Below, piece after piece: positions 58,191-64,000 of a stretch of DNA of 64,000 nucleotides. The position numbers were made by a program, and so were the translations under genes. Location: NCBI GenBank assembly GCA_043814985.1, contig JBDRJK010000011.1, positions 10,710 through 74,709 on the forward strand, written 5' to 3'. Within the stretch, counting starts at the first letter, position 1. The number at the start of each line of letters is the position of its first letter. Source of the stretch: Candidatus Aenigmatarchaeota archaeon (GTDB lineage: Archaea > Aenigmatarchaeota > Aenigmatarchaeia > Aenigmatarchaeales > Aenigmatarchaeaceae). The notes under the pieces were generated by a model, which saw nothing but the letters and a program-made list of their open reading frames with translations, did not search any database and was not told the DNA's origin.

Positions 58191-60194
58191 ATGGACGTGG
58201 AAAAGTTTGAAGAGTTTTTTAGCCAATACTATGAAAAAGATTTGCTAGCGGCAGCTGCAAAAGGAGACAAGGCAATAACTGTTGACTTCGAGCTTCTTGA
58301 CAAGTTTGACCCTGAACTGGCTGACAAGCTGATTAACGAGCCTGAAGAGGTTCTTGGTTATGCGAGAGATGCCATATCGAACATTGATTTGCCTGAGGGA
58401 AGCGTGGAAATAGAACCGAGATTCAATAACATTCCCAAAGAGTTCAACATAAGGATAAGGAATTTAAGATCCAAACACATAGGAAAGTTTGTTTCTCTTG
58501 ACGGTGTTGTTAGAAGGGCTTCTGAGGTAAAGCCAGAAATTTCTGTTGCTATTTTTGAGTGCCCTTTGTGTCAGGAAAGGATTGAAGTAAAACAGGCAGA
58601 AAGGGCAATAAAGCCGCCTACAAGATGCACCAATTTGGAGTGCAGGGTAAAGACCGGTTTTGTTGAGGTCGATAAGAAATTGTTTGATGCCAGGTGGATT
58701 TTTATAGAGGAGCCTTTTGAGATCGTTAGTGGTGAGAGACCAGGAGAAGTTTCTGTTTATCTTAAGAACGATTTGACAAGTCCCAGGATGCAGAGGAAAA
58801 CTGATCCTGGAAACAGGCTCAGAGTCAATGGTGTTCTCAAGGAAATAAGAAGAGTAGCCAAGGGAAGGGGAAAGATACAAATGGATATTTATGTTGATGC
58901 GAATTATGTCGAGCCTACAGAGATGGAGTGGGAGGAAGTCATAATATCTCCTGAGGACGAGGCAAGGATAAAAGGTTTGGCAGCTGACCCTGATGTCTAT
59001 GATAAAATAGTTGCTTCGATTGCTCCATCAATATATGGAATGGATGAGATCAAGAAGGCAGTGATGTTTCAATTGTTCGGAGGAGTTCAACACATACTTC
59101 CTGACAGAACCAAGATAAGAGGAGACATTCATGTTTTGCTTATTGGTGACCCTTCAACAGGAAAGAGTCAGTTGCTAAAATTAATAGCATCAATAATTCC
59201 AAGAGGAAAGTATGTCGGTGGCAGTGGAGCAACTGCTGCTGGTCTGACAGCTACAGTTGTCAAGGACGAGGAATTTCTGGGAGGCTGGGTTCTTGAGGCA
59301 GGTGCAATGGTTCTGGCAAACAAGGGCGTTTTGGCCATTGACGAATTCGACAAGATGTCCAAGGATGACCAGATTGCAATGCATGAGGCACTTGAACAGC
59401 AGACTGTTTCAGTAGCAAAAGCTTCTATTGTTGCCACGCTGCCTGCGCAGGTTTCTGTTCTGGCAGGTTCAAACCCCAAGTTCTTCAGGTTCGATCCGTA
59501 CAAGTCTGTTGCTGAACAGGTGGATATACCTGACACATTGCTGGCCAGGTTTGACTTGAAATTTGCTTTGAAGGATGTTCCGGACAAGGAAAGGGACAAC
59601 AAATTGGCAACCCATATTCTGGAGACAAGGCTTGAGCCAAACAGGGTCAAGCCTCTGATAGAGCCCGAGTTCCTGAGAAAGTATATTGCATACTGTAGGA
59701 AGAACTCCAAGCCCAAGATGACAAGGGAGGCTGCCGAGAGGCTGAAGAATTTCTATCTTGACATGAGGGGCATGTATACTGGAGAGGACACAATAGCAAT
59801 TACTTTAAGACAGAACGAAGGTCTGATGAGACTGTCAGAGGCGGCAGCCAAGATAAGGCTGTCAGAAAAGGTGGAAGCCAAGGATGCTGAGAGAGCGATC
59901 AGCGTGATGAAGTTCTCAATACAGCAACTAGGCTATGATTACGAGACAGGTAAAATTGATATTGATAGAACAGATGGCGTTCCCGCATCGCAGAGAAGCA
60001 AGATACACACTATCTTGGATATAATTGACATGCTTGAGAAGAAGCTCGGCAAGCCTGTTGCAAAGGAGGAGATAATAACAACAGCAGAGGAACAAGGTAT
60101 TAAAGTTTCAGATACAGAAGATTTATTGAGAAGATTGAAAACAGAAGGCTCTATATTCGAGCCAAGAATAAATTATGTTGAGAGGATAAGATAA
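58191..60194 (+). CDS. mcm: MCM replicative helicase
   Basis: Zn finger 'CPLCQ...C.NLEC', Walker A 'GDPSTGKSQLL', Walker B 'DEFDKM', Arg finger 'SRFDL'; start set at MDVEKFEEFF (ORF-track start overlaps tbp). Confidence 0.9.
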   Translation: MDVEKFEEFFSQYYEKDLLAAAAKGDKAITVDFELLDKFDPELADKLINEPEEVLGYARDAISNIDLPEGSVEIEPRFNNIPKEFNIRIRNLRSKHIGKFVSLDGVVRRASEVKPEISVAIFECPLCQERIEVKQAERAIKPPTRCTNLECRVKTGFVEVDKKLFDARWIFIEEPFEIVSGERPGEVSVYLKNDLTSPRMQRKTDPGNRLRVNGVLKEIRRVAKGRGKIQMDIYVDANYVEPTEMEWEEVIISPEDEARIKGLAADPDVYDKIVASIAPSIYGMDEIKKAVMFQLFGGVQHILPDRTKIRGDIHVLLIGDPSTGKSQLLKLIASIIPRGKYVGGSGATAAGLTATVVKDEEFLGGWVLEAGAMVLANKGVLAIDEFDKMSKDDQIAMHEALEQQTVSVAKASIVATLPAQVSVLAGSNPKFFRFDPYKSVAEQVDIPDTLLARFDLKFALKDVPDKERDNKLATHILETRLEPNRVKPLIEPEFLRKYIAYCRKNSKPKMTREAAERLKNFYLDMRGMYTGEDTIAITLRQNEGLMRLSEAAAKIRLSEKVEAKDAERAISVMKFSIQQLGYDYETGKIDIDRTDGVPASQRSKIHTILDIIDMLEKKLGKPVAKEEIITTAEEQGIKVSDTEDLLRRLKTEGSIFEPRINYVERIR

Positions 60195-60195
60195 C

Positions 60196-60942
60196 ATGGA
60201 TATCAAAAGATTAACAGCAAAAAAAGCTTCTGCAAAGGAAATAGTTGACGGCAAGTTTGTGAAGAGGGAAGGCTTCCAGAGCAGTTATGTTCTTACCAAT
60301 TTAGGAAGAAGGCTCTCAAGGGTCAGGGTTGTGGGCGTGATAGTTAACAGGTTCATAAGCGATGACGAGAAATATGCCACAGTTACTCTGGACGATTCCA
60401 CGCAGACAATCAGATGCAAGGTTTTTGTCAACACCAAGATACTTGATGGCTTTGGCCCTGGGGATTTTGTAGATGTTTTCGGAAAGCTCAGGGAGTACAA
60501 CGGGGAGGTTTACATGATGCCCGAGATATTGAGAAAGGCTGATGCTAATCTGGAAACATTAAGGATGTTGGAGATGGAGAAGATTTTCAGGGAGCAAAAG
60601 GAAAAAATAAAGAAAATCCAAGAGCTCCAAAATCAGACTTCTGACTTGAAAGAATTGAGGTCATTGGTCAAAGACTCGATGACCCTGGAAGATTTGGAAG
60701 GAATTCTTGAGGCCCAGGAAATGATTGAGGACATTGTCGAGGAAAAGACTGTTACATCCACTGAAATAAAGGGCAAGATACTTAAGTTAATAGAAAAGCT
60801 AGACGAGGGAAAGGGAGCTGACTACCAGGACATCCTGAAAAAATCAGGATTCTCCGAGAACGAGGTCGACTTTGCAATCCAGGACCTGCTGGAAACAGGC
60901 GTTTGCTACGAGCCAACTCCTGGCAAGATAAGGAAGTTGTGA
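60196..60942 (+). CDS. RPA32/Stn1-like OB-fold protein with C-terminal winged helix
   Basis: OB 'RVRVVGVIVNRF...YATVTLDDSTQTIRCKVF'; C-terminal wH 'ENEVDFAIQDLLETGVCYEP'. Confidence 0.5.
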   Translation: MDIKRLTAKKASAKEIVDGKFVKREGFQSSYVLTNLGRRLSRVRVVGVIVNRFISDDEKYATVTLDDSTQTIRCKVFVNTKILDGFGPGDFVDVFGKLREYNGEVYMMPEILRKADANLETLRMLEMEKIFREQKEKIKKIQELQNQTSDLKELRSLVKDSMTLEDLEGILEAQEMIEDIVEEKTVTSTEIKGKILKLIEKLDEGKGADYQDILKKSGFSENEVDFAIQDLLETGVCYEPTPGKIRKL

Positions 60943-60943
60943 T

Positions 60944-61351
60944 ATGGATTATGAAAAACTATTGAATAAAGCTTATGAGAATCTTCCTAAGGTCGAGGAG
61001 ACAACAGAGAGGTTTGAGGTCCCTGAAGTTGACAGCATGATCCAGGGAAGGCAGACAATAATAAAGAACTTCTCCCAGATATGCGAGGCCCTGAGAAGGG
61101 AGCCCAAGCATGTAATAAAATTCTTGACAAAGGAACTGGCAACGCCAGCAGGCTTTGACGGTGTCAGGGCAACATTCCAGTCAAAGCTTCCGGGAAGGAT
61201 GATACAGACCAAGCTCGGAGTCTATGTCAGGGACTATGTCATATGCAAGGAGTGCGGGAAGCCCGACACAAAACTAGTCAAAGAGGACAGGTTAACTTTC
61301 TTGAGATGTGAGGCATGTGGAGCCAAGGCCTCTCTCAAGTCAATAAAGTGA
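60944..61351 (+). CDS. eif2b: translation initiation factor 2 subunit beta
   Basis: 'CKECGKPDT...CEACGA' C4 ribbon; aIF2-beta core. Confidence 0.85.
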   Translation: MDYEKLLNKAYENLPKVEETTERFEVPEVDSMIQGRQTIIKNFSQICEALRREPKHVIKFLTKELATPAGFDGVRATFQSKLPGRMIQTKLGVYVRDYVICKECGKPDTKLVKEDRLTFLRCEACGAKASLKSIK

Positions 61352-61355
61352 AGCA

Positions 61356-61751
61356 ATGAAAGGCCAATTTTTCGTGATGGCTACTGTGATAATGATACTC
61401 ACTCTTATGGCTCTTATTCGCTACTTCTACGATTTTTCAGATATCAATCTTCCAAGACTCAAGGAAGTGAGCGAGCTTAATTACATACCTTTCGTTAAAG
61501 AGACTTTAATTGATACTATCAACTCTTATAACGGAAACTGCAACAAGCTCCAGGACGATTTAACTTTCACAAAAGACTTTCTGGAAAGCAGGATGATTGG
61601 AAGAGGAATGAATCTTAACATAGACTATCAATTATTCTGCATTCCACCAAATCCTCCAGATGCTGATTTCAATTTCACCATAACCACGTCGAATCTTTAC
61701 ACGGAAACAGTTTTCTTATTTTCAGACGAAATGCCACCGCCACCACCATAG
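61356..61751 (+). CDS. small pilin-like protein (class III signal-peptide-like N-terminus)
   Basis: 'MKGQFFVMATVIMILTLMALI'; ends PPPPP. Confidence 0.4.
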   Translation: MKGQFFVMATVIMILTLMALIRYFYDFSDINLPRLKEVSELNYIPFVKETLIDTINSYNGNCNKLQDDLTFTKDFLESRMIGRGMNLNIDYQLFCIPPNPPDADFNFTITTSNLYTETVFLFSDEMPPPPP

Positions 61752-61786
61752 TTAAGCATATTTTAAACCAGAATAAATATTATATT

Positions 61787-64000
61787 ATGCGAGGCGTATC
61801 CGTTATCATAGCTACTGTACTAGTTCTGATGATATCGGCTTCTCTAGTCACTCTCGGCTATACATTTTTCACAGAAATCAGCGATGAAGCCACAGATGTT
61901 GCTCGAAAGACAACAGAAAAAAGATTTTCTGCTATTGGAGCTGACATGGTAGTTGAGTCTGTGTCAGGCAGAAATATCTATGTTAGAAACACTGGAAGGA
62001 CCAACCTTACTGCGTTTAGCGTTTATGTTAATGAGTTACCTGTATCCTTTTCAATTGATAAAGAGACACTGCAGCCAGGCGAGACAGCAACCATTACATT
62101 GAATGCTGATCCTGTTGGCCTGATAGAGGTTTACTCGGCACAGGGCGGTCCAGCAGACTATTATATTCCAGGTCCAGGAGTATGCGGTGATAGTATTCTT
62201 GACATCTTGGAAGACTGTGATCCTCCAGGATCAGACAGTAGTGAATGCTCTTGCTCAGGCATTGACGGCTGTAATGGAGATGATTATTATGATTATCCGC
62301 CATTCGGGGACTGTACAGCCTTGTGCGAGTGTGACACTGGACCAGGTTCAGGGGAGCCTTGCGAACCAACCATAACTTATGACGACCCCGGTTGTCTCGG
62401 TCCTTGTGATATAGATGGTACAGCCTGCGATACAGGGAGCCAATGCTGTAATGGTATGTGCGTGGAAGGAATCTGCGGGCCCTGTGTTTCTGGTACAAAC
62501 TGTGGAGAAAGATGTAGTGACGGCTCTTATGATTTTGATGACATAATTAACCCACATACTTGTGAAGGTTCCACAAACGATGCCTGTAATGTTCTATTAG
62601 GAGTAGGAGAGGGTGACTGTGATTGTGATGCAAACTGTCAACAGCCTGGTTTAATCTGTGATGAAATACCTGGTACTGATTATTGTGTTGTATCAGGAGG
62701 AGGCGGTTTAATTGGCTTCTGGAATTTTGATGGAAATACCTTGGATAGCTCTGGTAATGGAAACGATGGGACAAATAACGGGGCAAGCTGGGTTAGTGGT
62801 ATATCTGGTCAGGCTCTTGATTTTAATAACTTAGAAGGCGACTATGTTAATGTTGACGATTCTCCTAGCTTAGATGTAGACTATATAACATTATCAACAT
62901 GGATATACGTCAATCAATATTTGAATGATCAAAGAATTGTTTCAAGAGAATACGGAACAACCGAACCTTACAATATATACTCATTAATACTTTCAGGAAC
63001 TGGTGAGAGGAAGCTTCAGTTCAGAATTGCTCGAGACGGCCAAGCGACAAGAGATATTATAACAAGCGATGCTGATATCCCATTGAATACGTGGACTCAT
63101 GTCGCTGCAACATACGACGGGAGCACTGCTGTTGTTTACATAAACGGAGACCCTAATAAAACCATTTTAGGTTTGCCAGGAACTATCATAGATAGCGACA
63201 GACCAGTTCTCATAGGTTCAAGTGAATTCTATACACCGAGATTTTTCGACGGAATTATTGACGAGGTTGAAATTTGGGACAGGGCATTAACTCCAGCAGA
63301 AATACAAGCAGAATACCAGCAATATGCACCTTCTGGTCTAATTGGTTTCTGGGGTTTGGACGGTGATGCTACTGATAGTACTCCAAATAATAATGACGGA
63401 ACAGAAGTTAACATTGATTCTAGTGATTGGAAAACAGGAGCAGATTGTGTATCAGGAGGTTGCTTAGAATTAAATGGAGTGGATGAATACATTAATATAC
63501 CAAGCATAGTTCCGGACCCTTCACAAGGTACATTTGAGGCATGGTTTAAACCGAATAATTTGCATGCAGGTATGATACTTTATGTTGGCCAATCAGGAGG
63601 AAATGGTCTGGGCGGCGAGCAAGAACTCCATATAAACGCTTGGAGTAGTGGAGCAGTGAATGGTTATTATGGAGGTGGTGTATTACTAGAATTAGAGGCT
63701 GGTTCATATAATGTTGGTGGATGGAATCATATTGCATATACCTATAACAACAATGGTGCATGTGAGTTATACTTAAATGGTGCTCCAATTGGTAGTGGAA
63801 CACTCTCTGGGACAGTACAGACGAATTTATGGGAGGTTTCAACAAAGATAGGCAGACCATCTGCAAATGAACGATATTTCAATGGATTATTGGATGAGGT
63901 TAAAGTTTGGAACAGAGTATTAACTCCAGCAGAAGTTCAGCAAGAATATATAGATAATGTACCAAGCATGGGAGGTGAGATAGGCTTCTGGAAGTTTGAT
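61787..64000 (+). CDS. partial (5') giant secreted protein: pilin-like N-terminus, Cys-rich region, >=3 LamG/ConA-like lectin domains; continues beyond window
   Basis: Not in ORF track (no stop in window). 738 codons with no stop; 'MRGVSVIIATVLVLMISASLVTLGYTFF'; repeated 'GLIGFW.FDG......GNGNDGT' and 'W.HVAATYDG....YINGD' LamG_3 signatures. Confidence 0.7.
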   Translation, partial: MRGVSVIIATVLVLMISASLVTLGYTFFTEISDEATDVARKTTEKRFSAIGADMVVESVSGRNIYVRNTGRTNLTAFSVYVNELPVSFSIDKETLQPGETATITLNADPVGLIEVYSAQGGPADYYIPGPGVCGDSILDILEDCDPPGSDSSECSCSGIDGCNGDDYYDYPPFGDCTALCECDTGPGSGEPCEPTITYDDPGCLGPCDIDGTACDTGSQCCNGMCVEGICGPCVSGTNCGERCSDGSYDFDDIINPHTCEGSTNDACNVLLGVGEGDCDCDANCQQPGLICDEIPGTDYCVVSGGGGLIGFWNFDGNTLDSSGNGNDGTNNGASWVSGISGQALDFNNLEGDYVNVDDSPSLDVDYITLSTWIYVNQYLNDQRIVSREYGTTEPYNIYSLILSGTGERKLQFRIARDGQATRDIITSDADIPLNTWTHVAATYDGSTAVVYINGDPNKTILGLPGTIIDSDRPVLIGSSEFYTPRFFDGIIDEVEIWDRALTPAEIQAEYQQYAPSGLIGFWGLDGDATDSTPNNNDGTEVNIDSSDWKTGADCVSGGCLELNGVDEYINIPSIVPDPSQGTFEAWFKPNNLHAGMILYVGQSGGNGLGGEQELHINAWSSGAVNGYYGGGVLLELEAGSYNVGGWNHIAYTYNNNGACELYLNGAPIGSGTLSGTVQTNLWEVSTKIGRPSANERYFNGLLDEVKVWNRVLTPAEVQQEYIDNVPSMGGEIGFWKFD

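Noticed and set aside
62094-63866. Five minus-strand ORFs (62-134 aa) rich in His/Tyr/Gln
   Set aside because: Antisense to a continuous, highly protein-like + frame (LamG repeats); compositionally implausible.
1-64000. CRISPR array / cas genes
   Set aside because: No regularly spaced short repeats were seen. The only direct repeats found are the 17-bp pair (25071/25588) and the 131-bp GTPase-fragment pair, neither array-like.

Overview
This window is an AT-rich archaeal chromosome segment, most likely from a small, reduced-genome archaeon. That inference rests on the gene set: short MetRS, short GatE, compact DRG, many overlapping genes, archaeal TATA/leaderless starts and an abundant secretome.

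About two thirds of the window is conserved information-processing core. It includes aCPSF1, proteasome beta, ProRS, the Mre11-Rad50 pair, an SSB, MetRS, SepF, and the classic archaeal 'superoperon' (rnp3-rnp2-psmA-SBDS-rrp4-rrp41-rrp42-rpl37ae-rpoP-pcc1-pfdB). It also carries rpl15e, a PP-loop thiolase-like gene, NreA, an Obg-family GTPase, a DRG GTPase, gatD/gatE, an MtaB-like methylthiotransferase, YjbQ, Dph6, TBP, MCM, an RPA32-like OB protein and aIF2-beta.

Between these lie accessory regions. The most unusual is a ~14-kb cluster of secreted Cys-rich proteins (28.9-43.1 kb). It contains a giant (~1,570 aa) Ig-like-repeat surface protein interrupted by a single +1 frame change, proteins sharing a thrombospondin-type-1-like Cys motif, a deacetylase-like protein plus a processive GT2 synthase pair, and a subtilase with Cys-rich repeats. 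The subtilase together with a HEPN/MNT pair sits in a ~3.1-kb insertion flanked by diverged 131-bp direct repeats of the 3' end of the GTPase gene, which looks like an integrated-element footprint.

Other notable points are two LAGLIDADG-like free-standing endonuclease-like genes (one splitting gatD from gatE), two paralogous small wHTH genes inserted into the superoperon, and a KaiC/DUF835-like protein with two membrane partners. Two genes were missed by the ORF track: rpoP and a 44-aa RHH protein. The 3' end of the window holds a pilin-like small protein and a partial giant LamG-repeat protein, also absent from the ORF track. No rRNA, convincing tRNA or CRISPR array was found.
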